Of a DNA stretch of 64,000 bases, positions 47,119 through 57,264 are shown piece after piece. The notes below the pieces were generated by a model. That model was not told the origin of the DNA, made no database searches, and saw only the letters and a list, made by a program, of their open reading frames with translations. Source of the DNA: Nitrospirota bacterium (GTDB taxonomy: Bacteria > Nitrospirota > UBA9217); contig JBGOTO010000001.1 of the NCBI GenBank assembly GCA_041476485.1, forward strand, positions 770 to 64,769, given 5' to 3'. A program made the position numbers and the translations under genes. Positions within the stretch are counted from its first letter, which is position 1; each line of letters begins with the position of its first letter.

Positions 47119-47131
47119 GAAGGAGCAGAGT

Positions 47132-47911
47132 ATGGCTGACGACAAGCTGGTAATTGCCGGAATTGAATTCAACTCCCGGCTCTGGGTGGGCACGGGAAAG
47201 TACAAGGACTTCGCGGAGACGAAGCGGGCCATCGAAGCATCGGGTACGGACGTGGTCACCGTGGCCGTGCGGCGCGTGAATATCACGGACAAGAGCAAGG
47301 AGAACTTGCTCGACTATATCGATCCGAAAAAATATAAGATTTTGCCGAACACGGCGGGATGCTACACGGCAAAGGACGCAATACGCACCGCCATGCTCGC
47401 TGCTGAGGCGGGCATTACCAAACTGGTAAAGCTCGAAGTGCTCGGAGACGAGAAGACCCTGTTCCCGGACAACGAGGCAACGCTCGAAGCAGCGAAGGTC
47501 CTCGTGAAGGAAGGCCTCATTGTATTGCCTTATATGAGCGACGACCCGATTATGGCCAAAAAACTCGTGGACATCGGCTGTCCCGCGGTTATGCCGCTTG
47601 CCGCGCCCATCGGCTCCGGCCTCGGCATCAGGAACCCTTACAACATCAGGATCATCATGGAGACCGTGAAAGTCCCCGTTGTCGTGGACGCCGGAGTGGG
47701 CACGGCCTCGGACGTGGCGCTCGCGATGGAGCTCGGTTGCGATGCTGTCCTGCTGAACACGGCGATTGCCGGAGCGAAGGACCCCATTGCCATGGCCGAG
47801 GCCATGAAGTATGGCGTGCTTGCGGGACGACTTGCTTACAAAGCAGGAAGAATTCCGAAGAAACTCTATGCCACGGCCAGCAGCCCGCTGGAGGGAATGA
47901 TTGGGAGTTGA
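47132..47911 (+). CDS. thiG: thiazole synthase
   Basis: [24 protein letters not shown] ... conserved Lys, TIM-barrel ThiG family. Confidence 0.9.
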   Translation: MADDKLVIAGIEFNSRLWVGTGKYKDFAETKRAIEASGTDVVTVAVRRVNITDKSKENLLDYIDPKKYKILPNTAGCYTAKDAIRTAMLAAEAGITKLVKLEVLGDEKTLFPDNEATLEAAKVLVKEGLIVLPYMSDDPIMAKKLVDIGCPAVMPLAAPIGSGLGIRNPYNIRIIMETVKVPVVVDAGVGTASDVALAMELGCDAVLLNTAIAGAKDPIAMAEAMKYGVLAGRLAYKAGRIPKKLYATASSPLEGMIGS

Positions 47912-48539
47912 TTTTCGGTTCTATTTGATCACCGACCGGAAGCAGACGAAGGTGCCGGTTGCTGTTGCGGTCAGGCAAGCGCTTGAAGGCGGAGTTCGAT
48001 CTGTTCAGCTTCGTGAAAAAGATTTGCCGATCAGGGAGCTTCTTGCCCTGGCTTTTGAGCTTCGAAAGATTACCAGAGATTTCAACGCCAGGCTGTTCAT
48101 CAACGACCGCGTGGATGTCGCGGTGGCTGTTGACGCCGACGGCGTACACCTCGGTCACGAGAGCATGCCGGTGTCCGCCGTGCGTAAGATCGTAGGCAGG
48201 GATATGATGATCGGCGTGTCGACCCACAACGTGTACGAAGCGCGGGACGCAGAGGCAGGCGGCGCGGATTTCATTACTTTCGGGCCGATATTTTCTGTGC
48301 CGTCGAAAATTAAGCACGGCGCGCCGGTCGGGGTCGAGGCCATCAGGACGGTCAAGAAGCATGTTCGGATTCCTGTTTTCGCTCTCGGCGGTATAAAAAC
48401 TGATACGGTAATGCAGGTCCTGCAGGGCGGGGCCGACGGCATCGCGATGATATCGGCGGTCCTCGCGGCCCCTGATATAAAACAAGCGGCAGCGGATGTT
48501 GTCAGTAAAATCCGCGGTCAATACGAGGTGCAGCCATGA
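47901..48539 (+). CDS. thiE: thiamine-phosphate synthase
   Basis: FYLITD ... QLREK ... DGVHLGQ-like (ADGVHLGHE) ... ThiE motifs; TTG start with GGAGGGA RBS. Confidence 0.85.
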   Translation: MGVDFRFYLITDRKQTKVPVAVAVRQALEGGVRSVQLREKDLPIRELLALAFELRKITRDFNARLFINDRVDVAVAVDADGVHLGHESMPVSAVRKIVGRDMMIGVSTHNVYEARDAEAGGADFITFGPIFSVPSKIKHGAPVGVEAIRTVKKHVRIPVFALGGIKTDTVMQVLQGGADGIAMISAVLAAPDIKQAAADVVSKIRGQYEVQP

Positions 48540-49837
48540 CCCAGATCCTTGAAGCGCGAAAAGGAAATATTACTCCCGAGATGGAAGCGGTTGCGCGTTC
48601 CGAAAGCACGAGCGTCGAGCATGTTATCGCAGGTGTGGCTTCGGGCACGATCGTGATCACGCGCAACAGCCGGCATATGTCCATCACGCCGCTCGGCATC
48701 GGCAAGGGACTCAGGACCAAGATCAACGCCAACATCGGGACCTCGAAGGACCGGATGTCCATCGACGATGAGATCGAAAAGCTCAAGGCTGCTGTGTCGG
48801 CCGGCGCGGACGCGGTCATGGACCTCTCGACCGGCGGCCCGATTGTCGGGATACGCAGGGAAATCCTGAAGCATTCCACGGTTGCCATCGGGACGGTGCC
48901 GATTTATCAGGCAGCGGTCGAGACGGTGGAACAGGGGAAATCAATCGTCCAGATGGACCCCGATCTGCTGTTCCGCGTGATCGAGCAGCAGGCGGAAGAG
49001 GGCGTGGACTTCGTGACCGTGCACTGCGGCGTGACCATCGCGAGCGTGGAGCGGCTGAAGAAGCAGGGCAGGATCATGGACGTGGTGAGCCGGGGCGGGG
49101 CGTTCCACCTCGAATGGATAATCTGTAACGAGGCTGAGAACCCGCTCTACGCGCAGTACGACCGCCTGATCGAGATCTGCAAGAAATTCGATGTGACGCT
49201 CTCGCTCGGCGACGGCATGCGGCCGGGGTGCCTCGCCGATGCCACGGACCGGGCCCAGATCGAGGAGTTGATCATTCTGGGCGAGCTGCGCGACGTGGCG
49301 CACGAGGCCGGCGTGCAGGTGATGATCGAGGGGCCGGGCCACGTGCCGATCAACCAGGTCGAGATGAATATCAAAATTCAAAAGGAGCTGTGTAAAGGCG
49401 CTCCGTTCTACGTGCTCGGACCGCTCGTGACCGACGTTGCGCCGGGATACGATCACATCACTTCGGCCATCGGCGGCGCGATAGCGGGCGCGGCAGGGGC
49501 GGACTTTCTCTGCTATGTCACCCCGTCGGAACATTTGCGCCTGCCGGACCTTGAAGACGTGCGCGAGGGTGTCATCGCCTCCCGCATCGCGGCGCATGCC
49601 GCGGACATCGCGAAGGGCGTCCCGGGCGCCATGGACTGGGACAAGGAAATGGCGCGGCGGCGCAAGGCGCTGGACTGGAAGGGCCAGATCGAGCTTTCGA
49701 TCAATCCCGAACGGGCGCGCAAGCTGCGCGAGTCGAGCATGCCCAAGGAATCCGACGTATGCTCCATGTGCGGGGAGTTCTGCTCGATGAAAGGCGTGAG
49801 CCAATACCTGAAGAAAGAAGACAGGAGCGGGAAATAA
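48536..49837 (+). CDS. thiC: phosphomethylpyrimidine synthase (short, anaerobe-type)
   Basis: 433 aa; C-terminal CSMCGEFCSM radical-SAM-like Fe-S motif; overlaps the thiE stop. Confidence 0.9.
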   Translation: MTQILEARKGNITPEMEAVARSESTSVEHVIAGVASGTIVITRNSRHMSITPLGIGKGLRTKINANIGTSKDRMSIDDEIEKLKAAVSAGADAVMDLSTGGPIVGIRREILKHSTVAIGTVPIYQAAVETVEQGKSIVQMDPDLLFRVIEQQAEEGVDFVTVHCGVTIASVERLKKQGRIMDVVSRGGAFHLEWIICNEAENPLYAQYDRLIEICKKFDVTLSLGDGMRPGCLADATDRAQIEELIILGELRDVAHEAGVQVMIEGPGHVPINQVEMNIKIQKELCKGAPFYVLGPLVTDVAPGYDHITSAIGGAIAGAAGADFLCYVTPSEHLRLPDLEDVREGVIASRIAAHAADIAKGVPGAMDWDKEMARRRKALDWKGQIELSINPERARKLRESSMPKESDVCSMCGEFCSMKGVSQYLKKEDRSGK

Positions 49838-50712
49838 TGCGGAATGTGGAATGCGGAGTGCGGAATAAGTTAAGAAACCTCTATTTGTTCAGTATTCTTT
49901 TCTGCTTGCCTTTTCTTGCTTATGCGGGAGAGACGGCTGTTCAGCCGGAGGTAATCCTCTCCCCGAACAAGGTGGGGCCGGGGGACATCCTGCTCATCAC
50001 CGTAAATAATTCCGGCGGGCCGGTTGAAGGAATATTTGACGGCAAAAAACTCTATTTTAATCCAATAAAAAATTATTATGAAGCCGTTGTCGGCATCGAC
50101 CTGTTGACTAAGCCCGGAACGTATGATCTGGAAATCAATTGCAATAACGTCCCAATTCACCGCGTTGTCCGGGTCTCGAAAAAAGCCTATCCGCTCCAGC
50201 GGCTTACGCTTCCGAAGGACATGGTTGAACTCTCTCCCGAGAACGAGGCGCGCGTCGAGCGCGAGCAGAAGAAGACTGCCACTCTCTGGCCGAACGAGAC
50301 CAGCCGGACCTGGTCGGGCAATTTCATCAATCCGCGGGAAGGCAAGATCTCCTCGCTCTTCGGGGTCAGAAGGATCATCAACAATATTCCGAAGAGTCCT
50401 CACAGCGGCGTCGATGTTTCCGCCGACGAGGGAGATGAAGTGATCGCCCCGAACAACGGCGTTGCCGCGTTGGTAGACGACCAGTTCTATTCAGGGAATA
50501 TCGTCGTGCTCGACCACGGCCAGGGCATTTATACCATGTTCTTTCACCTGTCCAAAATAGTCGTCACGCCGGGCCAGATCGTCAAGAAGGGCGACGTAAT
50601 CGGCCTCGTGGGCTCCACGGGCCGCGCAAAAGGCGCGCACCTGCACTGGGGCGTGCGTATGCAGGGCGCTCGCGTCGATCCGCTGGAACTGATTCACTTG
50701 AAGCTGGAGTAA
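49837..50712 (+). CDS. secreted M23-family metallopeptidase
   Basis: HSGVDVSA (HxxxD), HLHWGV (HxH), signal peptide LYLFSILFCLPFLAYA. ATG 49837 overlaps the thiC stop (TAATG). The first 14 codons (MRNVECGVRNKLRN) are encoded by the heptamer repeat. Confidence 0.75.
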   Translation: MRNVECGVRNKLRNLYLFSILFCLPFLAYAGETAVQPEVILSPNKVGPGDILLITVNNSGGPVEGIFDGKKLYFNPIKNYYEAVVGIDLLTKPGTYDLEINCNNVPIHRVVRVSKKAYPLQRLTLPKDMVELSPENEARVEREQKKTATLWPNETSRTWSGNFINPREGKISSLFGVRRIINNIPKSPHSGVDVSADEGDEVIAPNNGVAALVDDQFYSGNIVVLDHGQGIYTMFFHLSKIVVTPGQIVKKGDVIGLVGSTGRAKGAHLHWGVRMQGARVDPLELIHLKLE

Positions 50713-50776
50713 AACGGCAGGGTCAAGGGGCAAGCAGCAAGGGTATGGGTCCAGGGGCAAGGGGCAGGGGTCAGGC

Positions 50777-51598
50777 GTGAGACGAAAGAGATATTTTCAT
50801 TCCGCAATCCGCATTCCGCAATCCGCAATTGGAGTAAAAGTCCTATCCATCGCCGGTTCCGACCCTTCTTCCGGCGCCGGGATCCAGGCCGATCTCAAGA
50901 CCTTCCAGGCGCTCGGCGTATTCGGCATGGCTATACCCGCTGCGCTTACAACGCAGAACAGCAAGGGCGTTTCCGGCGTGTATCCTGTTCCGCCAAAAAC
51001 CCTGTCACAACAGATTGACACGCTTCTTTCGGACATCAAGCCTGACGGGATCAAGACCGGCATGCTGCTCACGAAGCAAGCCGTGGATGCCGTGGCAAAG
51101 GCTGTCCGAAAGTATAAGGTCAGAAACCTCGTCATCGATCCCGTGATCCGGTCCAGTTCCGGCAGGCCGCTTCTCCGGCCCGATGCGCTGAGATCACTCA
51201 AACAAAATCTTTTGCCGCTGGCGCTTGTCGTCACTCCTAACATACCCGAAGCGGAAATGCTGACCGGCATGTCGATCAAGTCAGACGGAGACATGGATTT
51301 TGCCGCCGGTCATATCCTCGATCTGGGACCAACCTATGTGCTCATCAAGGGCGGTCATTGGAAAGGCCCTGCAACAGATACACTCTACGGAGGCAAAACC
51401 GTGGTCAGCCTTTCCACAACCAGGAAGAAAGGCGAGTTTCACGGCACGGGGTGCGTGCTTTCCTCCGCAATCGCGGTGTTCATAGCCCAGGGATTTCCTG
51501 TGGAAAAGGCTGTGGAAAAGGCAAAACAGTTTGTGGATAGGATGTTGAAAACAGCGATGCGAATGGGGAAGGGCAAGACGAAGTACTTTCAATTCTAA
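50777..51598 (+). CDS. thiD: hydroxymethylpyrimidine/phosphomethylpyrimidine kinase
   Basis: VLSIAGSDPSSGAGIQADLKTFQALGVFG canonical ThiD N-terminus. The start is uncertain: GTG 50777 reads through heptamer repeat 50798..50830 as HSAIRIPQSAI. Confidence 0.8.
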   Translation: MRRKRYFHSAIRIPQSAIGVKVLSIAGSDPSSGAGIQADLKTFQALGVFGMAIPAALTTQNSKGVSGVYPVPPKTLSQQIDTLLSDIKPDGIKTGMLLTKQAVDAVAKAVRKYKVRNLVIDPVIRSSSGRPLLRPDALRSLKQNLLPLALVVTPNIPEAEMLTGMSIKSDGDMDFAAGHILDLGPTYVLIKGGHWKGPATDTLYGGKTVVSLSTTRKKGEFHGTGCVLSSAIAVFIAQGFPVEKAVEKAKQFVDRMLKTAMRMGKGKTKYFQF

Positions 51599-51674
51599 CC
51601 GTTTTTTTACCCAGAGATCGCTGAGAAAATGAAGTTGATTCGCTCTGCATCCTGGTTCAGTCACTTGGGAGGTT

Positions 51675-52385
51675 ATGATGCGCGTTGACGGCAGAAGGGC
51701 GGACGAGCTCCGCAAAATCAAGATCACCAGAAACTACATCAAGTCCGCCGAGGGGTCCGTGCTGATCGAGATGGGTGACACGAGGGTCATTTGTACGGCC
51801 ACGGTGGAAAATTCCGTGCCGCCGTTCCTCAGGGGCAAAGGCACGGGCTGGGTGACGGCCGAGTACGCCATGCTTCCGCGCTCTTCCGCGCAGAGGATCC
51901 AGCGGGAGCGAAACAAGGTGGGCGGCCGCACGCATGAGATCCAGCGGCTCATCGGCAGGTCGCTCCGCGCCGTTATGGACATGGCCGCGCTCGGCGAACG
52001 GTCCGTGCTGATCGACTGTGATGTGATCGAGGCTGACGGCGGCACCCGGACGGCATCGATAACCGGAGCGTACATCGCGCTCGTGGCCGCGCTGCAGCAG
52101 GTGCAGAAAAAGGGTATGATCGACACCGTGCCGGTGAAGGACCATCTTGCCGCGGTGAGCGTGGGGATCGTGGACGGGAAACCGATGCTCGATCTCTGCT
52201 ATGTTGAAGATTCGACGGCGGAAACGGACATGAACCTGGTGATGACCGGCTCGGGTAAGATCGTCGAGGTGCAGGGCACGGCAGAGGGCGCGCCGTTCTC
52301 CAAAGCCGAACTCGGTAAACTTCTCGCCCTGGGCGAGAAGGGGATCAGTGCCCTGATAAAAAAACAAAAAGAAGCGCTCAAATGA
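51675..52385 (+). CDS. rph: ribonuclease PH
   Basis: [21 protein letters not shown] ... [19 protein letters not shown]. Confidence 0.9.
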   Translation: MMRVDGRRADELRKIKITRNYIKSAEGSVLIEMGDTRVICTATVENSVPPFLRGKGTGWVTAEYAMLPRSSAQRIQRERNKVGGRTHEIQRLIGRSLRAVMDMAALGERSVLIDCDVIEADGGTRTASITGAYIALVAALQQVQKKGMIDTVPVKDHLAAVSVGIVDGKPMLDLCYVEDSTAETDMNLVMTGSGKIVEVQGTAEGAPFSKAELGKLLALGEKGISALIKKQKEALK

Positions 52386-52942
52386 CCGCCTTCCTGACGT
52401 CGCTGGCCATCGTGTTTCTTGCCGAGATGGGCGACAAGACCCAGCTTCTGGCCATGGCCTTTGCCGTCCGGTTCCGATGGCAGACCGTCCTCTGGGGAGT
52501 TTTCGCAGCCACCGCTGCGAACCATCTCTTTGCCGTATACGTCGGGAATTATCTCACGAACATTATTCCTCTTGCTTCTATAAAAATTGCCGCATCCGCG
52601 TCCTTCATACTCTTCGGCCTCTGGACCCTGCGCGGCGATGAACTGCATGATGAGGACAAGAGGTTCAAATTCAGTCCTTTTTGGACCATTGCCATTGCCT
52701 TTTTTCTGGCGGAGATGGGAGACAAGACGCAGCTTGCCACCGTGGCGCTTGCGGCCGATTTCAATACCATTGTCCCGGTATGGTTCGGGACGACGGCAGG
52801 GATGCTTGTTGCCGATGCCCTGGGGATCATCGCGGGCATCGTGTTGCACAAAAAGATTCCTGAAAAACAGATCAAGTGGTTTGCCGCAGCGGTCTTCATC
52901 GCGTTCGGCCTGTGGGGACTGTACGGGGAGTTTTTTCGTTGA
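52382..52942 (+). CDS. UPF0016 (GDT1/TMEM165/MneA) family cation transporter
   Basis: Two E-x-G-D-K-T motifs ([10 protein letters not shown] twice), 6 TM. Confidence 0.8.
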   Translation: MTAFLTSLAIVFLAEMGDKTQLLAMAFAVRFRWQTVLWGVFAATAANHLFAVYVGNYLTNIIPLASIKIAASASFILFGLWTLRGDELHDEDKRFKFSPFWTIAIAFFLAEMGDKTQLATVALAADFNTIVPVWFGTTAGMLVADALGIIAGIVLHKKIPEKQIKWFAAAVFIAFGLWGLYGEFFR

Positions 52943-53011
52943 CGATCTCCCGTTATCCGTGATACAACTATTCTGATTCATCGACTGTTCAACTCGAGGA
53001 GGTGTACGGTT

Positions 53012-54244
53012 ATGAAGAGAATTTTCATCGTTTTTCTGCTGGCGCTCTGCATTGTTCTCCCGATCGGCGCTTTTGCCGCAGACGGGGACCTGACCAGGAA
53101 CGTGAAGCGCCTGGAACGGGTTTCACCCGACTATGAGGCGGACAAGGACATTGATAGGAAATTCATCGAGGTCCTCAACCTGACCGAGAAGTTAAAACAG
53201 CCCTTCGAGATATACGTCGAGGCCAAGCGTATCGCCGGGAACGCCGCGTTGGCGGAGAGCAAGTACATGGATTCGTTCCTTTACTATATGCTCGTAAAGT
53301 CGCTCTCGCAAGCCAAGACCGGCACCGCGGAAATCGATTACTGGCTCGGCCTGCTGAAGGCCAACAACGACAAGAGCCCCCATCTCCTCGCCGCTCAGCT
53401 CATCAGACTTCATCAGCTTCCCAAGGACTCTCCGGACATCCGCCGCGATGCGGAACTCGCCGTTGACTGGGTCAAGGCGCTAAAGCCCGGCCAGAAACTC
53501 CGTGCGCCTGAATATTCGGGGAACATGATCACCGGATACTTGCTGCGCGTCAATTTCGCGGAAGGCGACTATCTCAAGGTCTACACGGCCGCGACCTACA
53601 AGGCCTCGGCCGCGCCGCTTGCGGGGTTCAGGGAGGACGAAACGTACGTGTCGCTCCTTGACCGTATCAAGCCAGGGCGCGAGGACGTCATGAACGAAAT
53701 GCTGGCCATTTACCGAAAAGCGTATAAAAAGAAAGAGGCTGCCGACATCCTATATCAGCTCGCCGAGCTCAAGATCTCGGCCAGGGATTTGACAACGGCC
53801 AAGACGCTTCTGGACGACGCCGTAAAGCTGAACCCTGAACACGCGGCCGCCAAAAAAGAACGGAACCGGGTCAAGCTCGAGCTCACGTACCGGTCCCTTG
53901 CCCCCGTACCGTCCGTACAGCCGGTAACTCCCGCGGTGACTCCGTCGAAACAAGAGGAAGCGCCCATCCCTGCGCACCTCAATGATGTTCAGGGATATCT
54001 GACGCCGATCGACCGGGTGGTCACGGAAGCGGAGCTCCACGGCAAGAGCAAGGCGGAACTCAGGGTCATGAGGAACGAAATTTATGCGCGCCATGGACGG
54101 ACGTTCGAAGCTCCCGACCTCCAGAAGTATTTCTCCGGGAGACCGTGGTACCGGCAGAACCCCTCATATTCCGACAGCCTCTTGACCGAAACGGACAAGG
54201 CGAATGTGAAGGCCATTCAGGATTTTGAAAACGGGATGCAGTAG
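53012..54244 (+). CDS. secreted protein with C-terminal YARHG domain
   Basis: Signal peptide MKRIFIVFLLALCIVLPIGAFA; C-terminal RNEIYARHGRTFEAPDLQKYF. Confidence 0.6.
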   Translation: MKRIFIVFLLALCIVLPIGAFAADGDLTRNVKRLERVSPDYEADKDIDRKFIEVLNLTEKLKQPFEIYVEAKRIAGNAALAESKYMDSFLYYMLVKSLSQAKTGTAEIDYWLGLLKANNDKSPHLLAAQLIRLHQLPKDSPDIRRDAELAVDWVKALKPGQKLRAPEYSGNMITGYLLRVNFAEGDYLKVYTAATYKASAAPLAGFREDETYVSLLDRIKPGREDVMNEMLAIYRKAYKKKEAADILYQLAELKISARDLTTAKTLLDDAVKLNPEHAAAKKERNRVKLELTYRSLAPVPSVQPVTPAVTPSKQEEAPIPAHLNDVQGYLTPIDRVVTEAELHGKSKAELRVMRNEIYARHGRTFEAPDLQKYFSGRPWYRQNPSYSDSLLTETDKANVKAIQDFENGMQ

Positions 54245-54261
54245 TTTATTGACACTCCCGT

Positions 54262-55122
54262 TTGCGCTGTGTTATTATCGCTCAGATGATGATTGAGCAA
54301 AAATGGGACCGCTTGAGGGCGCTGCTTCGGGAGATGAAATCAGCGGTGCTCGCCTATTCAGGCGGTGTTGACAGTTCATTGCTCCTGAAAGCGGCATCCG
54401 AGGTCCTGGGCCCCAACGTCGTGGCCGTCACCGCGGTATCAGAGACCTATACGGCCGCCGAACTTGCCGGCGCGAAGGAGTTTGCCGGCTCTCTCGGCGT
54501 GGCGCTCCGGATACTCCATACGGCGGAGCTTGAGTCAGAGGAGTTTGCCCGGAATTCGCCGGAGCGGTGCTACTTCTGCAAGAAAGAACTATTCGGAAAG
54601 CTCACGCAGCTCGCCGAGGCCGAGGGCATTGCCTTTGTCCTTGACGGGTCCAACACCGACGATCTCAAGGATTACCGACCCGGTTCGAAGGCCGCCCGCG
54701 AGCTTTCCGTCAGAAGCCCGCTCAGGGAAGCGGGGTTTTCCAAGTCCGACGTCCGGGCCTGCGCGCGCATGCTGGGCCTTTCCGTATGGGACAAACCGTC
54801 GGCCGCCTGCCTGTCCTCACGCATTCCCTATGGCACGAGGATCTCTCCCGGGATACTTCATAGGATACAGTCCGCGGAAGACCATCTGCGCGCGCTCGGG
54901 TTCTCGCAGGTGCGCGTGCGGCATCATGGCGAAATCGCGCGGATCGAGATCGACCGCGAAGACTTCGGGCGAATGGTTGCCGACGGTGTCGTTCAGAAGA
55001 TCACCGTCGCGCTCAAGGAAGCCGGCTACACGTATGTCTGCATGGACCTCGAAGGCTACCGCACGGGAAGCATGAATGAGATTTTTATGGAGCGAGCCGA
55101 CCGTGTCGGCGTAAAAAAATAA
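54262..55122 (+). CDS. larE: PP-loop ATP pyrophosphatase, LarE-like (TIGR00268 family)
   Basis: SGGVDSS PP-loop, conserved Cys (AACLSSRIP), ~270 aa. The last 11 codons (MERADRVGVKK) lie in the double-hairpin repeat copy 2. Confidence 0.65.
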   Translation: MRCVIIAQMMIEQKWDRLRALLREMKSAVLAYSGGVDSSLLLKAASEVLGPNVVAVTAVSETYTAAELAGAKEFAGSLGVALRILHTAELESEEFARNSPERCYFCKKELFGKLTQLAEAEGIAFVLDGSNTDDLKDYRPGSKAARELSVRSPLREAGFSKSDVRACARMLGLSVWDKPSAACLSSRIPYGTRISPGILHRIQSAEDHLRALGFSQVRVRHHGEIARIEIDREDFGRMVADGVVQKITVALKEAGYTYVCMDLEGYRTGSMNEIFMERADRVGVKK

Positions 55123-55146
55123 CGGCAACACGGTTGCCTTGGTCCA
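55087..55146 (+). repeat. 60-nt double-hairpin element, copy 2 (upstream of purD)
   Basis: atggagcgaGCCGACcgtGTCGGCgtaaaaaaataacGGCAACacgGTTGCCttggtcca; ends 13 nt before the purD ATG. Confidence 0.7.
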
Positions 55147-55159
55147 AAAGGGGTCACAA

Positions 55160-56437
55160 ATGAAAGTTCTTATCGTCGGCGGTGGGGGCAGGGAACATGC
55201 ACTCGCCTGGAAAATATCGCAGAGCTCGAAAGTCACGAAGATCTACGCGGCGCCGGGAAACGCGGGGATAGCGCAGATTGCTGAATGCGCGCCGATTAAA
55301 GCCGAAGATATCGCCGGGCTCTTATCATTTGCAAAATCCAAGGCCGTCGACCTCACCATCGTGGGGCCCGAAGGTCCGCTTTCGATGGGCATCGTGGACG
55401 AGTTCACGAAAGCGGGGCTTCGCGCCTTCGGGCCGAGCGGAAAGGCCGCCGAGATCGAGGCGAGCAAACGGTTCTCCAAGGACCTCATGAAGAAGTATCG
55501 TATCCCGTCCGCTGATTACGGCGTGTTCACCGACAGGGCGGCAGCCGAAGCCTACATCCGTGAAAAAGGAGCGCCGATCGTCGTTAAGGCCGACGGGCTT
55601 GCCGCGGGCAAGGGCGTGGTGGTCGCCGAGACCCTGGACGAGGCGATCAAGGCGCTTGACATGATCATGACCCAAAAGGCCTTCGGCAAAGCGGGCGAGC
55701 TCGTGGTGGTCGAGGAGTGCCTGAAGGGAGAAGAAGCGTCTTTCATGGCGTTCACCGATGGCAAGACCGTGGTCCCCATGGCATCATCTCAGGACCACAA
55801 ACGGATATTCGACGGCGATAAGGGCCCGAACACCGGCGGCATGGGGGCCTATTCTCCGGCGCCGGTCGTAACGAAAAAGCTGGAACGCCAGGTCATGGAG
55901 AAGATCATGGTCCCCACGGTGCGGGCCATGGAGAAGGAAGGGCGCTTGTTCAAGGGCGTGCTGTATGCGGGGATCATGGTCCAGAACGGCGAGGCCAGGG
56001 TGCTCGAATTCAACGCGCGGTTCGGGGACCCCGAGACGCAGCCGATCATGATGAGGCTGGACACCGACCTTATCGATATCATCGAGGCAATTATCGACGG
56101 GAACCTGTCGAAGATACATGTCAAATGGAAAGCAGGATCGGCGGTATGCGTGGTCATGGCATCGGGCGGGTATCCCGAAAAGTACGAGAAGGGCAAGGAG
56201 ATCAAAGGCCTCGACCATGCGTCGAAGCACGGCGACGTGATGGTCTTTCACGCCGGGACGTCGCTGAAAAACGGCGCGGTCGTGACCGACGGGGGCAGGG
56301 TGCTCGGCGTCACGGGCCTGGGCCCCGTGGTTGCCGCGGCCATCGACAACGCCTACGCGGGCGTACGCGAGATCTCTTTTGACGGCGCGCATTATCGCAG
56401 AGACATCGGCGCCCGGGCCCTCGAGAAGGGGAGCTGA
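55160..56437 (+). CDS. purD: phosphoribosylamine--glycine ligase
   Basis: MKVLIVGGGGREHALAWK ... ATP-grasp motifs. Confidence 0.9.
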   Translation: MKVLIVGGGGREHALAWKISQSSKVTKIYAAPGNAGIAQIAECAPIKAEDIAGLLSFAKSKAVDLTIVGPEGPLSMGIVDEFTKAGLRAFGPSGKAAEIEASKRFSKDLMKKYRIPSADYGVFTDRAAAEAYIREKGAPIVVKADGLAAGKGVVVAETLDEAIKALDMIMTQKAFGKAGELVVVEECLKGEEASFMAFTDGKTVVPMASSQDHKRIFDGDKGPNTGGMGAYSPAPVVTKKLERQVMEKIMVPTVRAMEKEGRLFKGVLYAGIMVQNGEARVLEFNARFGDPETQPIMMRLDTDLIDIIEAIIDGNLSKIHVKWKAGSAVCVVMASGGYPEKYEKGKEIKGLDHASKHGDVMVFHAGTSLKNGAVVTDGGRVLGVTGLGPVVAAAIDNAYAGVREISFDGAHYRRDIGARALEKGS

Positions 56438-56463
56438 CGAAAATTCCAATTGCAAAAAGCACA

Positions 56464-57237
56464 ATGCAAAAAACAGCACGTCCGACAATCAGGAATATCG
56501 CCTCGTTATTGAACGAGACGCTGCGGACCAAAAGAATCAAGGACGCGTCGGTGAACGGCCTGCAGGCGCGGTCGCGCAAACGAGGAGAAATCCAAACAGT
56601 CGGTTTTGCCGTCGATGCCTGCATTTCTACTTTTGAAAAAGCAAAAAAGCTCGAGGTCGAGCTCCTCGTCGTTCATCACGGCTTCATGTGGAGGCCCCAA
56701 AAGGACAGGGACCTGGCGGACCGGAGGGCGGCGTACCTGAAGGCAGGCAACATGGCGCTCTATGCCGCGCATCTGCCGCTTGATCTGCACGAGGAATACG
56801 GGAATAACATCCGGTTGTCGCGTGTCCTGGATTTGCAGGAGCTGCGGAAATTCGGCGAGTATCACGGCGTCAAGATCGGCTATGCCGGTACCTTCAAAAA
56901 CGCAACGAGTCCGGACGCTGTTGCGGCGAGGCTGAAGAAAGAACTGCATTCAGCGTGCCGCGTTCTGCGGTTCGGGAAGAAACGCATCAGGTCGATCGGC
57001 ATCATCTCCGGCGGAGGCGGGAGTATCCTGCGGGAAGCCGTGCAGGAGCGCCTCGACTGTTTCGTCGTCGGGGAGATCGATCTGGCAGTCTACAATGCGG
57101 CGAAGGACTATAACATGAACCTTATTGTCGCCGGGCACTATGCCACGGAAACCGTCGGCGTAAAGGCATTGATGCCGCTTGTCAGGGACACGTTCGGCGT
57201 AAGAGCGGTCTTCATTGCCGATCCGAAGAATCTGTAG
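56464..57237 (+). CDS. Nif3-family dinuclear metal centre protein (YqfO/YbgI-like)
   Basis: VVHHG ... GHYATE motifs of NIF3. Confidence 0.75.
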   Translation: MQKTARPTIRNIASLLNETLRTKRIKDASVNGLQARSRKRGEIQTVGFAVDACISTFEKAKKLEVELLVVHHGFMWRPQKDRDLADRRAAYLKAGNMALYAAHLPLDLHEEYGNNIRLSRVLDLQELRKFGEYHGVKIGYAGTFKNATSPDAVAARLKKELHSACRVLRFGKKRIRSIGIISGGGGSILREAVQERLDCFVVGEIDLAVYNAAKDYNMNLIVAGHYATETVGVKALMPLVRDTFGVRAVFIADPKNL

Positions 57238-57264
57238 CAGGCCGGACCAGGCAACAAACGATTA

